Origin: Nitrosomonadaceae bacterium
Lineage (GTDB): Bacteria > Pseudomonadota > Gammaproteobacteria > Burkholderiales > Nitrosomonadaceae
NCBI GenBank assembly: GCA_014237605.1
Contig: JAAZZR010000001.1
Location: forward strand, 8,156 to 72,155
Direction of reading: 5' to 3'
Length of the DNA: 64,000 bases
The position numbers and the translations under genes are program-made. Position 1 is the first letter of the stretch; each line of letters opens with the position of its first letter. Shown here piece by piece: positions 8,890 through 18,934 of this stretch. The notes beneath the pieces are model-generated. The model searched no databases. It saw only the letters and a program-made list of their open reading frames with translations, and was not told the DNA's origin.

Positions 8890-9921
8890 ATGATTGAAAC
8901 TGAGAGATTAATAACTGCTGCTCCCGTTTCCTCTCAAGAAGAGGTCGTAGAGTTAGCTTTGCGTCCGAAGAGCCTAGACGAATATGTTGGTCAGGAAAAG
9001 ATACGCGGACAGTTGCAGATATTTATTGACGCTGCAAGGAATCGGAAGGAAGCGCTTGATCATGTGTTGTTGTATGGTCCTCCTGGATTAGGCAAGACTA
9101 CCCTTGCTCATATAATTGCAAAAGAAATGGGGGTGAGTTTGCGCCATACGTCTGGTCCAGTACTTGAGCGACCTGGTGATTTGGCGGCACTTCTGACTAA
9201 TCTTGAGCCTAACGACGTTTTATTTATTGATGAAATACACCGCCTTTCTCCGGTGGTAGAAGAGATTCTTTATCCAGCGCTTGAGGATTATCAACTTGAT
9301 ATCATGATTGGTGAAGGTCCTGCGGCACGCTCAGTTAAGCTTGATTTGCCTCCTTTTACTTTAGTGGGGGCCACTACCCGTGCCGGTATGCTGACTAATC
9401 CTCTACGTGATCGTTTCGGCATTGTTTCGCGGCTGGAATTCTACTCTTCTGATGAACTTACCAGAATCGTAACTCGTTCAGCCCGGGTGATGAATGTAGA
9501 GATTTCTCCTGAAGGCGCGACAGAAATTGCTATTCGTTCACGCGGAACGCCAAGGATTGTTAATAGACTCTTACGCAGGGTACGAGATTTTGCTGAAGTC
9601 AAAGCAGAGGGAACCATCAGTCAGGTTGTGGCAGATTCTGCACTGACTATGTTGGATGTAGATAGTATTGGTCTTGATGTGATGGATAGAAAGTTACTTT
9701 TGTCAGTAATAGAAAAATTTGATGGCGGCCCCGTCGGAGTTGATAATCTGGCTGCGGCTATTAGTGAGGAGCGCGATACTATAGAAGATGTACTAGAACC
9801 ATATTTGATACAGCAGGGGTTCCTGAAACGCACACCACGCGGACGTATGGCTACGAGTATTGCTTACCAGCATTTTGGAATATCATTGAAAAATGGGCTG
9901 AGCGGCGATATGAGTGAATAA
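8890..9921 (+). CDS. ruvB: Holliday junction branch migration DNA helicase RuvB
   Basis: Walker [12 protein letters not shown], Walker [15 protein letters not shown]. Confidence 0.97.
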   Translation: MIETERLITAAPVSSQEEVVELALRPKSLDEYVGQEKIRGQLQIFIDAARNRKEALDHVLLYGPPGLGKTTLAHIIAKEMGVSLRHTSGPVLERPGDLAALLTNLEPNDVLFIDEIHRLSPVVEEILYPALEDYQLDIMIGEGPAARSVKLDLPPFTLVGATTRAGMLTNPLRDRFGIVSRLEFYSSDELTRIVTRSARVMNVEISPEGATEIAIRSRGTPRIVNRLLRRVRDFAEVKAEGTISQVVADSALTMLDVDSIGLDVMDRKLLLSVIEKFDGGPVGVDNLAAAISEERDTIEDVLEPYLIQQGFLKRTPRGRMATSIAYQHFGISLKNGLSGDMSE

Positions 9922-9933
9922 AAATACTAAAAC

Positions 9934-10371
9934 ATGGAGAAAGATATTAGAACTAATCTGAAAACAGATCCTGCTTTTACTCTCCCTACCCGGGTCTATT
10001 ATCAAGATACGGATGCGGGGGGCGTGGTCTATCATTCCACCTATTTAAACTTTATGGAGCGTGCCCGTTACGAATGGATGCGTGGACTGGGCTTGGATAT
10101 AAAAGTATTAGCTGAGGTTCATAGGGTGATATTCATGATACGTTCGCTGAATATTGAATATTTTAAGCCAGCCATACTGGATGATCTACTCGATGTAACA
10201 GTACAGGATGCTGATCTTGGAAGAACCCGTATTACAATTTCCCAGCATGTTCTCCGCGGACAAACTACACTAGCCAGCGCAACTACTCAGGTGGTATGTG
10301 TAGGTGCTGATACACTTAAGCTAGCAAGTTTACCTACTTCATTACGAAATAAATTTGGAAATCAATCATGA
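9934..10371 (+). CDS. ybgC: Tol-Pal-associated acyl-CoA thioesterase YbgC
   Basis: 4HBT hotdog motif RVYYQDTDAGGVVYHSTYLNFMERAR. Positioned immediately before tolQ. Confidence 0.9.
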   Translation: MEKDIRTNLKTDPAFTLPTRVYYQDTDAGGVVYHSTYLNFMERARYEWMRGLGLDIKVLAEVHRVIFMIRSLNIEYFKPAILDDLLDVTVQDADLGRTRITISQHVLRGQTTLASATTQVVCVGADTLKLASLPTSLRNKFGNQS

Positions 10372-11054
10372 ATGCAACCGTTACTCAAGATATGTCTATA
10401 TTTACACTTATTAGCTCCGCTAGCATACCGGTACAACTAGTAATGGGAGTGCTGCTAGTTACTTCTTTTTTATCTTGGTGGTTTATTTTTAGAAAATTTT
10501 ATACCATCAGGGAAGAAACAAGGCAGAGCGATGAGTTTGAGGATATTTTTTGGAAGGGCGCCGACCTAAATGAGCTATACCAAAGTGTCTTAAGTGCACG
10601 GTATACAACAGGTGGCATGGAAAGAATTTTTGAAGCGGGATTCCGAGAGTTTATTAAGCATGATCACCAACCAGGGGCAGATGTAAGCGCAGTAATGGAT
10701 GGTACCCGCCGCGCAATGAGAGCGACGTATCAACGTGAAATGGACAGGCTTGAATCACAGCTATCTTTTCTTGCTACAGTAGGGTCAGTAAGCCCATACA
10801 TTGGTTTGTTTGGTACCGTGTGGGGGATTATGAACTCTTTTCGCAGCCTATCAAATGTTACGCAGGCAACCATTTCCCATGTTGCACCGGGCATTGCTGA
10901 AGCATTAATTGCAACAGCAATGGGATTGTTTGCTGCGATTCCTGCCGTTATCGCCTATAACCGCTACGCTACCGATATTGATCGACTTTCAACACGCTTT
11001 GAAAGTTTTATGGAAGAGTTGTCAAATGTATTGCAGCGTCAGGCCAATGGATAA
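10368..11054 (+). CDS. tolQ: Tol-Pal system protein TolQ
   Basis: MotA/TolQ/ExbB family with three hydrophobic segments. ATGA overlap with ybgC. Confidence 0.93.
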   Translation: MNATVTQDMSIFTLISSASIPVQLVMGVLLVTSFLSWWFIFRKFYTIREETRQSDEFEDIFWKGADLNELYQSVLSARYTTGGMERIFEAGFREFIKHDHQPGADVSAVMDGTRRAMRATYQREMDRLESQLSFLATVGSVSPYIGLFGTVWGIMNSFRSLSNVTQATISHVAPGIAEALIATAMGLFAAIPAVIAYNRYATDIDRLSTRFESFMEELSNVLQRQANG

Positions 11055-11078
11055 GATTAAATTAATAGGAACAGTTTC

Positions 11079-11495
11079 ATGAGTATGCGCCGAGCAAAGC
11101 GACGCCTGATGAACGAAATTAACGTTGTGCCATATATTGACGTAATGTTGGTGTTATTGATCATTTTTATGATTACAGCGCCACTGGTTAATTCTGGCCA
11201 GATTGAATTGCCTCAGATTGGCAAATCACTGAAGCCTGCGATTGCGCCCCTAGAGGTGACTATTAAGGCTGATAAAAGTCTAGCCATACGTGATCTTGCA
11301 TTGACGACTATAGAACGAAAGGTTAACCGTGATGAATTGATAGCTGTAATTAAGAAAAAACAGGAAAAAAATAAAGATCAACCCGTAGTAATTGCTGCTG
11401 ATAAGAATGTACGTTACGAAGAAGTAATAAAAATGATGGATATTCTACAAAAGCAGAGAGTTACCAAAGTGGGTCTTCTGGCTAAACACAAATGA
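11079..11495 (+). CDS. tolR: Tol-Pal system protein TolR
   Basis: ExbD/TolR N-terminus [22 protein letters not shown]. Confidence 0.93.
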   Translation: MSMRRAKRRLMNEINVVPYIDVMLVLLIIFMITAPLVNSGQIELPQIGKSLKPAIAPLEVTIKADKSLAIRDLALTTIERKVNRDELIAVIKKKQEKNKDQPVVIAADKNVRYEEVIKMMDILQKQRVTKVGLLAKHK

Positions 11496-11511
11496 TCAAT
11501 ACGAATATTCG

Positions 11512-12489
11512 ATGAGAGGGAAATCACCAGGATCTGCTAACCGGGATCAGAAGTGGATTAAGGCAGGAGTGCTAGCTTTATTGGTGCATGTAGTATTCTT
11601 TATTTTTATGACTTTTGGGCTTAGTTGGAAAACTAATCCACCGGAAGGGATAGTGGTGGATTTATGGAGTGATTTGCCTCAGCCTGAGCAAAAACCAACT
11701 AAAAAAATTAAAGCGCAGCCACCAAAGCCAGCGCCGTCAAAAAAAATTAAGCCGGTTCCACCAAAAAAAGTTAAAGTAGCGCCACCAAAAAAAGTTAAAG
11801 TAGCGCCACCAAAAAAAGTTGAATCATTGCCGTCAAAGGCTGAGATAGAACTTAAAAAAGAAAAAGAGAAGAAAGAAAAAGAGAGAAAGGTTAGGTTGGC
11901 TAAAGAGAAAAAAGAAAAAGAGAAAAAGGCTAGGTTAGCTAAGGAGAAGAAAGAAAAAGAGAAAAAGGCTAGGTTAGCTAAGGAGAAGAAAGAAAAAGAG
12001 AGAAAGGCTAGGTTAGCTAAGGAGAAGAAAGAAAAAGAGAGAAAGGTTAGGTTAGCTAAAGAGAAAAAAGAAAAAGAGAGAAAAATAAAAGAGCAGAATG
12101 CCAGAGTGGCAGCTGAAACAGAGAGATTTCAGAAGGAGCTGCGAGAAGAAGAGGAAAGAAGAAGGCTTCAAAAATTGGCGTATGCAAAAGCAGCGGCTAA
12201 GCGTAACCTGATAGATGAATATAAGGCAAAGATTCTGGCAAAGATCAAAAGTAAACTAGTGCTGCCACCAGATTTACCAAATGATCCTGTTGCCGAGTAC
12301 AATATTACATTACTGCCAGGCGGAGAAATTTTGAGTGTTAAATTACGGAATAGCAGTGGATTTCGTTCGTTCGATGAGGCCGTAGAGCGTGCAATTATAT
12401 TAGCCAGGCCGTTACCTTTGCCAAGGGATAAATTACTATTTCCAAATTTTCGGGATTTAGGTGTTAAGGTACATTATCTCGATGATTAG
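11512..12489 (+). CDS. tolA: Tol-Pal system protein TolA (TM anchor, Lys/Glu-rich repeat domain II, C-terminal domain III)
   Basis: Position between tolR and tolB. It has an N-terminal TM segment, a long KEKKEKE-rich helical region and a TonB/TolA-like C-terminal domain. Confidence 0.9.
   Translation: MRGKSPGSANRDQKWIKAGVLALLVHVVFFIFMTFGLSWKTNPPEGIVVDLWSDLPQPEQKPTKKIKAQPPKPAPSKKIKPVPPKKVKVAPPKKVKVAPPKKVESLPSKAEIELKKEKEKKEKERKVRLAKEKKEKEKKARLAKEKKEKEKKARLAKEKKEKERKARLAKEKKEKERKVRLAKEKKEKERKIKEQNARVAAETERFQKELREEEERRRLQKLAYAKAAAKRNLIDEYKAKILAKIKSKLVLPPDLPNDPVAEYNITLLPGGEILSVKLRNSSGFRSFDEAVERAIILARPLPLPRDKLLFPNFRDLGVKVHYLDD
11758..11820 (+). repeat. 24-bp in-frame tandem repeat (about 2.6 copies) encoding PPKKVKVA within tolA
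   Basis: ccaccaaaaaaagttaaagtagcg is repeated head to tail. Confidence 0.9.
11890..12084 (+). repeat. 39-bp in-frame tandem repeat (5 copies) encoding (V/A)RLAKEKKEKE(K/R)K within tolA
   Basis: Five consecutive 39-nt units with only a few substitutions, read directly from the sequence. Confidence 0.9.
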
Positions 12490-12516
12490 TATAATTGCTC
12501 TCTATAAAATATTTTT

Positions 12517-13839
12517 TTGAAAATTAACTCTATGTGGAATTCTTTACATCAATCCTTCAGCTCTATACTTGTTCTAATATTTTGTTTGTTTAGTTCCCCG
12601 CTTCATGCTGCGCTCGATATCGAGATCTTTGGCGGCGGAGCTTCTCAGATCCCCATTTCTATTATTCCATTTGCTGCTGAGGAAAGACTCGCACAAAGTG
12701 TAACAGCAGTTGTGAGATCTGATCTGCAGCGGAGTGGACTGTTTAGAATGGTTGACTCAGTTAGCTCCATTCCTCATGAGCCTAGTGAAATTATTTATCC
12801 TGATTGGCAAATGCGAGGGGTAAATGCAATGGTTATTGGAGCCACTAGGCTATTGCCTAATGGGCAAGTAGAGGTACGATATCGTCTTATGGATATAGCA
12901 AAACAGGAAATATTGATTAGTGATATGGAAACTGTTTCTGTAAAGCAATTACGTGCTGTTGCTCACCGAATGGCTGATAGTATTTATGAAAAATTAACAG
13001 GTGATATAGGGGTCTTTAGCACCCGCATTGCTTATGTGGCAAAACAGGGAAATAGATATGCATTAAAGGTTGCCGATGCAGACGGGTTCAATGCGCGGAC
13101 AGCAATTGAATATACTGAACCCATTATTTCACTTGCGTGGTCACCGGATGGCACTAAAATAGCTTATGTTTCGTTTGAGAACAAAAAACCAGTTATTCAC
13201 GTACAGACCCTTGCAACTGGAGAGCGTAGGGCCATAGCAAAGTTTAGGGGGAGTAATAGTGCTCCGGCTTGGTCTCCTGACGGTAAAAAAATTGCAGTAG
13301 TTCTGAGTAAGAAGGGTGGCTCACAAATCTTTTTAATAAATTCTGATGGAAGCGGGCTGAGAAGGCTTACCAAGAGTTCCAGTATTGATACTGAGCCTAA
13401 TTTTTCGCCGGATGGCAAATCAATTATTTTTACTTCTGACCGTGGTGGTAGTCCTCAAATTTATCGAATGGCAGTAGCAGGGTCTGCATCAAGGGTGGCT
13501 GAACGTCTCACTTTCGAAGGTAGTTATAATGTAAGTCCGCAATATCATCATGATGGTAAGAATTTTATCTATATACACCGGAACGATTCACAATTTAATG
13601 TAGCTATACAGAGTTTAGAAACTCGTCAGGTACAACTATTAACTGATTCTGCATTTGATGAGTCTCCTAGTTTTGCACCGAATGGTAAGATAATCCTGTA
13701 TGCTACTGAAATTAAAGGACGTGGTATTTTAGCTGCAGTATCAAGTGATGGTAGAACAAGGCAGGAATTATCAACACAAGAGGGAGATATAAGAGAGCCG
13801 GCATGGGGACCTCTACCAAAGTGGCGCCGAAAGTTCTAA
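12517..13839 (+). CDS. tolB: Tol-Pal system beta-propeller protein TolB
   Basis: Signal peptide ending in LHA-AL, with repeated SPDG(T/K)xIA(Y/V)V propeller motifs. The start is either TTG 12517 or ATG 12532. Confidence 0.93.
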   Translation: MKINSMWNSLHQSFSSILVLIFCLFSSPLHAALDIEIFGGGASQIPISIIPFAAEERLAQSVTAVVRSDLQRSGLFRMVDSVSSIPHEPSEIIYPDWQMRGVNAMVIGATRLLPNGQVEVRYRLMDIAKQEILISDMETVSVKQLRAVAHRMADSIYEKLTGDIGVFSTRIAYVAKQGNRYALKVADADGFNARTAIEYTEPIISLAWSPDGTKIAYVSFENKKPVIHVQTLATGERRAIAKFRGSNSAPAWSPDGKKIAVVLSKKGGSQIFLINSDGSGLRRLTKSSSIDTEPNFSPDGKSIIFTSDRGGSPQIYRMAVAGSASRVAERLTFEGSYNVSPQYHHDGKNFIYIHRNDSQFNVAIQSLETRQVQLLTDSAFDESPSFAPNGKIILYATEIKGRGILAAVSSDGRTRQELSTQEGDIREPAWGPLPKWRRKF

Positions 13840-13884
13840 TTTTGTTTGGTCGTGTAGATTGGTAAATTTATAAGGGAGAGAATT

Positions 13885-14388
13885 ATGAGAAAGATTTTAA
13901 GCATTGCTCTGGTTGTTTTATTGTCAGCATGCGCTAATAAAACTATTAACCCAGATGGGGAAGAAGGAAGTCAGGCCAATACAGGCGCCATGTCTGGAGA
14001 GAATGCCTCAGGTAGCCCTACTGTAAATCCATTGGTTGATCCAACTAATATATTATCAAAGCGTAGTGTATATTTTGAGTTTGATGAATATGTGGTTAGT
14101 GACAAATATAAATCTATGGTGCTATCACATGCCCGATATTTACGTGATAATTCTAATTTGAGCATTCGTATACAGGGTAATACAGATGAACGCGGTAGCC
14201 GTGAATACAATCTTGCATTGGGTCAGCGTCGCGCTGATAGCGTCAAGAGGGTGATGACATTGGCAGGCACTCAAGACAGTCAGATTGAATCTGTTAGTTA
14301 TGGTGAAGAAAAGCCACGGGCTGTCGGCCATAATGAAGCCTCTTGGACTGAGAATCGTCGCGCAGATATTCGTTATCAGGGCGAATAA
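13885..14388 (+). CDS. pal: Peptidoglycan-associated lipoprotein Pal
   Basis: Lipobox LLSAC and OmpA-like motif GNTDERGSREYNLALGQRRA. Confidence 0.95.
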   Translation: MRKILSIALVVLLSACANKTINPDGEEGSQANTGAMSGENASGSPTVNPLVDPTNILSKRSVYFEFDEYVVSDKYKSMVLSHARYLRDNSNLSIRIQGNTDERGSREYNLALGQRRADSVKRVMTLAGTQDSQIESVSYGEEKPRAVGHNEASWTENRRADIRYQGE

Positions 14389-14390
14389 CC

Positions 14391-15227
14391 ATGTGTTTAC
14401 GCTCTCTCTTGTTATTGTCAGTGCTGATCAGTAATACGAGCTACGCCGCATTATTTGATGATGAGGACGAGCGGAAGAAGTATCGTGCCGCTCAACAAGA
14501 GCAGTCGAGACTTCAAGAAGCACGAATTGCTAAGCTAGAGGAAGTGACTAACCAAGCAATTATCGGACTTCACAACCAGATTGAAGAGTTAAGGCGTGAG
14601 TTTAGTAAATTGAACGGTCAAATTGAGGTATTAGCATACGATATTAAGTTGTCCCAAAACAGACAGAAGGATTTTTATATTGATCTAGATAGCCGGCTAA
14701 GGAGAATTGAGCAGCCTGATGTTGGGTCAGATACGAACCCCTCTGTTGTTGAAGGAGTCCCAGTAGCTCCAGCAGCTCCAGTAGCTCCAGCAGCCCCAGT
14801 AGCTCTAGCTGCCCCAGCAGCTCCAGCAGCGCCAGCAATTAGTGATACAGTGGCAGCTGATGCTGAAAATAGCGACTATCAGGAAGCTTTTAATATGTTT
14901 AAAATTGGCAGATTCAAGGGCGCCGTATCTAAATTTAAAAGTTTTATCGAAAACTATCCCACATCAGAACTCTTACCTAGCGCGCACTACTGGATTGGAA
15001 ACTCTTATTATGCAATGCGTGATTTCAAGCGCGCAATATTTGTACAGCAAGAATTAATCAAAGATTTTCCAGGTAGTGATAAAGTTCCTGATGCTATGCT
15101 TAACATTTCTAGTAGCCAGAAAGAAATAAACTTTATAACAGCCTCACAGAAAACCTTGAAAGATTTAATTACAAAATATCCCATTAGTGAAGCAGCAAAA
15201 AAGGCTAAATTACGATTAGTCAATTAA
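14391..15227 (+). CDS. cpoB: Cell division coordinator CpoB (YbgF)
   Basis: Signal peptide, coiled-coil N-domain, Pro/Ala linker and a TPR-like C-domain (HYWIGNSYYAMRDFKRA). Last gene of the tol-pal cluster. Confidence 0.9.
   Translation: MCLRSLLLLSVLISNTSYAALFDDEDERKKYRAAQQEQSRLQEARIAKLEEVTNQAIIGLHNQIEELRREFSKLNGQIEVLAYDIKLSQNRQKDFYIDLDSRLRRIEQPDVGSDTNPSVVEGVPVAPAAPVAPAAPVALAAPAAPAAPAISDTVAADAENSDYQEAFNMFKIGRFKGAVSKFKSFIENYPTSELLPSAHYWIGNSYYAMRDFKRAIFVQQELIKDFPGSDKVPDAMLNISSSQKEINFITASQKTLKDLITKYPISEAAKKAKLRLVN
14760..14837 (+). repeat. 18-bp in-frame tandem repeat (about 4 copies) encoding the PVAPAA linker of CpoB
   Basis: ccagtagctccagcagct units read directly from the sequence. Confidence 0.85.
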
Positions 15228-15347
15228 AAATTTATAATTTATGTAGTCAGTTACTCTGTAGCCTTATAAAATAAGGTAAGGATCTTCAGCTATCTGGGCG
15301 ATATAGTAATATTGGGGCAATTGTTTTTAGAGAGGAGAGGAATCGAG

Positions 15348-16691
15348 ATGAGATACAAAAGTTTTCAGGAATTCTGTGCTTATATAGCTAAAAATAATCC
15401 ACAGCAGCCTGAATACCATCAAGCAGTTAATGAAGTTATGGAAAGTATTTGGCCTTTTATTGTTGAGCATCCCGGTTATGCTGAGCATGGCATTCTGGAC
15501 CGTCTTGTTGAGCCGGAGAGAGCGATTATATTTCGTGTGTCCTGGGTAGATGATCAAAATGAGGTTAGGGTAAACCGTGGTTATCGGATACAGCATAATT
15601 CTTCTATTGGGCCTTATAAAGGGGGCACGCGCTTTCATCCATCTGTAAACCTTTCTATTCTCAAATTTTTGGCCTTTGAACAGACTTTCAAGAATGCACT
15701 GACTACTTTGCCTATGGGTGGCGGTAAAGGTGGTGCAGACTTTGATCCAAAAGGGAAAAGTCAGGGGGAGGTGATGCGATTCTGTCAGGCTTATGTAAGT
15801 GAATTATTTCGTCATATTGGTTCTGACACCGATATACCTGCTGGAGACATAGGAGTCGGTGGCAGAGAGGTAGGTTTTATGGCGGGGATGTTTAAGAAAC
15901 TTTCAAATCGATCCGATTCTGTTTTTACAGGCAAAGGATTGAGTTTTGGGGGTTCATTGATTCGTTCAGAGGCCACAGGTTACGGTACAGTATATTTTGC
16001 AGAGGAAATGCTAAAGCATGCTGGTCGTTCTTTTGATGGTTTGAGAGTTTCTGTTTCAGGCTCAGGTAACGTCGCTCAGTACTCTGTCGAAAAAGCGATG
16101 ATGTTGGGGGCAAAAGTGATAACAGTTTCTGATTCGAGTGGTACGGTAGTTGATGAGGATGGTTTCACAACTGAGAAACTTGCGATATTAATGGATGTAA
16201 AAAATAATTTAAGAGGCCGAGTCAGTGATTACGCGGAACGAGTGAAAGCTACTTTCATACCTAATGTCCGGCCATGGCATGTTCCAGTTGATGTTGCGTT
16301 ACCTTGCGCAACTCAAAATGAATTAGATGAAAAAGATGCCGCCACTTTGATAAAGAATGGAGTATTTTGTGTTGCTGAAGGGGCAAATATGCCGTCTACA
16401 GCAGGTGCTATAAAACTTTTTGATGAGGGTGAAGTTATGTTTGCTCCGGGCAAAGCCAGTAATGCTGGTGGAGTTGCTACCTCTGGGCTGGAAATGAGTC
16501 AAAATGCCATACGCCTTTCCTGGCCACGCGAAGAAGTAGATGCTCGTTTGCTAGAAATTATGAAGGCTATTCATGGCTCCTGTCTTCAATATGGAAAAAG
16601 AAAAGATGGGAGTATTAATTATGTCGATGGGGCAAATATAGCAGGCTTTGTCAAAGTAGCAGATGCAATGCTTGGTCAGGGTGTAGTCTAG
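15348..16691 (+). CDS. gdhA: NADP-specific glutamate dehydrogenase
   Basis: GPYKGGTRFHP and LPMGGGKGGADFDPKG motifs. The start was moved from the track TTG 15312 to ATG 15348, which sits behind the AGAGGAGAGG RBS at 15331-15340. Confidence 0.93.
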   Translation: MRYKSFQEFCAYIAKNNPQQPEYHQAVNEVMESIWPFIVEHPGYAEHGILDRLVEPERAIIFRVSWVDDQNEVRVNRGYRIQHNSSIGPYKGGTRFHPSVNLSILKFLAFEQTFKNALTTLPMGGGKGGADFDPKGKSQGEVMRFCQAYVSELFRHIGSDTDIPAGDIGVGGREVGFMAGMFKKLSNRSDSVFTGKGLSFGGSLIRSEATGYGTVYFAEEMLKHAGRSFDGLRVSVSGSGNVAQYSVEKAMMLGAKVITVSDSSGTVVDEDGFTTEKLAILMDVKNNLRGRVSDYAERVKATFIPNVRPWHVPVDVALPCATQNELDEKDAATLIKNGVFCVAEGANMPSTAGAIKLFDEGEVMFAPGKASNAGGVATSGLEMSQNAIRLSWPREEVDARLLEIMKAIHGSCLQYGKRKDGSINYVDGANIAGFVKVADAMLGQGVV

Positions 16692-16720
16692 GTATCATTC
16701 AACCAGATAGAGGGTGCTTT

Positions 16721-16748
16721 CTTCCATTTATATTTGATTAAATGGAAG
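16721..16748 (+). terminator. 10-bp perfect hairpin downstream of gdhA (possible terminator, no clear U-tract)
   Basis: CTTCCATTTA-tatttgat-TAAATGGAAG. Confidence 0.35.
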
Positions 16749-16965
16749 ACTAGAGGCCTTCAATTTTCAAATTGTCATGGCGATGGATTTTTTACTCGAG
16801 AACGTTATGCGAGGGTCTTTTATCAAAGACAAATTCTTCAGTCCTGCAAAAGGCTAGATGTATTGTGGTTGGTAGCCTGATGAGTAAAACTTTGTCTGGA
16901 GTTAATCTTTTGTGTGTTTTCCATGTTGGATCAAAACTATATATCTGGACGCGGGAATCAGGTTA

Positions 16966-18903
16966 ATGAGAAATATTCTTCTGACATTATTATTTTTTTG
17001 TTGTGTTGATATAGTTACAGCCAGTCAGGATCTCGATTTTATTGCAGTACGTAAAGCATTCGAGGCAGGAGACTCTAAGAAACTAGCTATCAAAATCCCG
17101 CGCCTGCGAGGTCATATACTAGAGTCTTATGGGGCTTATTATCAGCTGCAACTGCAGTTGGATGAAGCAAAGTCAGATAAGAAAATGAAAGTAGACATAG
17201 CTGCGGTTAGGAAATTTCTTACTAGCTATCAAGGTAGTTTTCTCGCTGATAGGATACGTGGCCAATGGCTAAAAATACTTGGGGAAAGAGAACAATGGAA
17301 GTTATTTGCTAAGGAGTATCGATCTCTTATTAAAGAGGATACAGAACTTAGTTGTTACTCATTGCAGCAACGGTTAAATATAAATGGTAGTGGTATACGA
17401 GATGATGTGCTTTCATTGTGGCTCAATGAGAAAGAAATGCCGGAAAATTGTGTTTCATTATTTGATTCTCTTGTTTCGGCTAAGCTCCTAACGGAAGAAG
17501 ATGTGTGGAAACGAATACGCCTTGCTCTTGAAAAAGGTAAGGTAAGTGCTGTAAAACAAATTAATCAGTATCTTCCTAAAAAGCACGCGCTCAGCGAACG
17601 AAAATTGAATTCCGCTAACAAGAACCCATTGCGCTATTTAGGTAGACATAGGAAAAAAATTAAAACTCGTGCTGATCGCGAAGTTATTTTATTCGCAATG
17701 TTTCGTCTACTTCGTAGTGATCTGGGTCGGGCTTATGCATTCTGGCCCAAGGTACGTGAGAAATTCTCGCTCAGTGAGCAATCATACTTTACGGGGCAGT
17801 TAGCAAGCAGGGCAGCGTATAAGCATGATTCTCGTGCGCTCGCCTGGTTTGACGAGACTACTAATACTGGTGCTCCGGCTCTCCTTTCAGATAAACAAAT
17901 TAAATGGAAAGCGCGTGCTGCTCTACGTGCAAAAGATTGGGTGACCGTATTGGAAAGTATCAAGGCTATGTCGCGTCTTGAACAGCAGGCAGCAGTATGG
18001 AGATATTGGAAGGCACACGCTTTGAAGAAGCAAGGTAAAAATGTAGAAGCTCGAGTCATTTTTAAGCCATTAAGTACCGAATATCATTTCTACGGACAGC
18101 TTGCAAAAGAGGAGCTGGGAATTGCGAGCGGGGTTCTTCCCAAGTCTTATAAAATTGAGGAAGAAGAAATCACAGCTATTCAGAAGCTGCCTGGAATCAA
18201 AAGAACACTTGCGCTCTATCGTCTTAATCTAAGAATTGAAGCCACACGCGAGTGGATATGGGCAATACGTGGGTTTGATGATAGGCGTTTATTGGCCGTA
18301 GCTGAAACTGCACGACGTAATAATCTATACGATATAGCCATTAATACGGCTAATAAAACCATAAAACTTCATAATTTTAGTCTGCGATATCTTGCCCCTT
18401 ATCGTGGCGCGATGAAGAAAGCTTTGAAACAAAAAGATCTTGATGAGGCCCTTGTTTATGGCTTGATTCGGCAGGAGAGTCGCTTCGTTTCAAGAGCTAA
18501 ATCTGGGGCTGGAGCAATCGGATTGATGCAGTTAATGCCGGCTACTGCTAAGTGGATAGCAAAGAAATCAGGCGTGCGAAATTATCGCAAAAAACTTGTC
18601 TCTCAGGTGGGAACTAATCTAATGTTGGGGACATATTACCTTGAGTACGTGTTAACTTTATTTGATAATAAGTCATTATTAGCGTCAGCTGCTTACAATG
18701 CCGGACCTAGTCGGGCAAAGAAGTGGCAAGGCGAGGAATTATTGGAAGGTGCAATTTATGCCGAAACTATTCCTTTCAAAGAAACACGTAATTATGTAAA
18801 AAAAGTCATGAGTAACTCCATGTACTATGCCAGCATTTTTGGACATAAAGCACGGACCTTGAAAGATCGTCTGGGTACAATTGAGCCCAGATCAAATAAA
18901 TAG
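16966..18903 (+). CDS. slt: Soluble lytic murein transglycosylase (Slt70 family)
   Basis: C-terminal lysozyme-like motifs GLIRQESRFVSRAKSGAGAIGLMQLMPATA and AAYNAGPSR. The start was moved to ATG 16966, giving the signal-like N-terminus MRNILLTLLFFCCVDIVTA. Confidence 0.9.
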   Translation: MRNILLTLLFFCCVDIVTASQDLDFIAVRKAFEAGDSKKLAIKIPRLRGHILESYGAYYQLQLQLDEAKSDKKMKVDIAAVRKFLTSYQGSFLADRIRGQWLKILGEREQWKLFAKEYRSLIKEDTELSCYSLQQRLNINGSGIRDDVLSLWLNEKEMPENCVSLFDSLVSAKLLTEEDVWKRIRLALEKGKVSAVKQINQYLPKKHALSERKLNSANKNPLRYLGRHRKKIKTRADREVILFAMFRLLRSDLGRAYAFWPKVREKFSLSEQSYFTGQLASRAAYKHDSRALAWFDETTNTGAPALLSDKQIKWKARAALRAKDWVTVLESIKAMSRLEQQAAVWRYWKAHALKKQGKNVEARVIFKPLSTEYHFYGQLAKEELGIASGVLPKSYKIEEEEITAIQKLPGIKRTLALYRLNLRIEATREWIWAIRGFDDRRLLAVAETARRNNLYDIAINTANKTIKLHNFSLRYLAPYRGAMKKALKQKDLDEALVYGLIRQESRFVSRAKSGAGAIGLMQLMPATAKWIAKKSGVRNYRKKLVSQVGTNLMLGTYYLEYVLTLFDNKSLLASAAYNAGPSRAKKWQGEELLEGAIYAETIPFKETRNYVKKVMSNSMYYASIFGHKARTLKDRLGTIEPRSNK

Positions 18904-18934
18904 AATAACTTAAATATGAGAAAAAACGATCGCA

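Noticed and set aside
11758-12084. Tandem repeats in tolA (and those in cpoB and the H1-like gene) as CRISPR-like or minisatellite elements
   Set aside because: They are in frame, lack unique spacers, and encode the expected low-complexity linker domains of these proteins.
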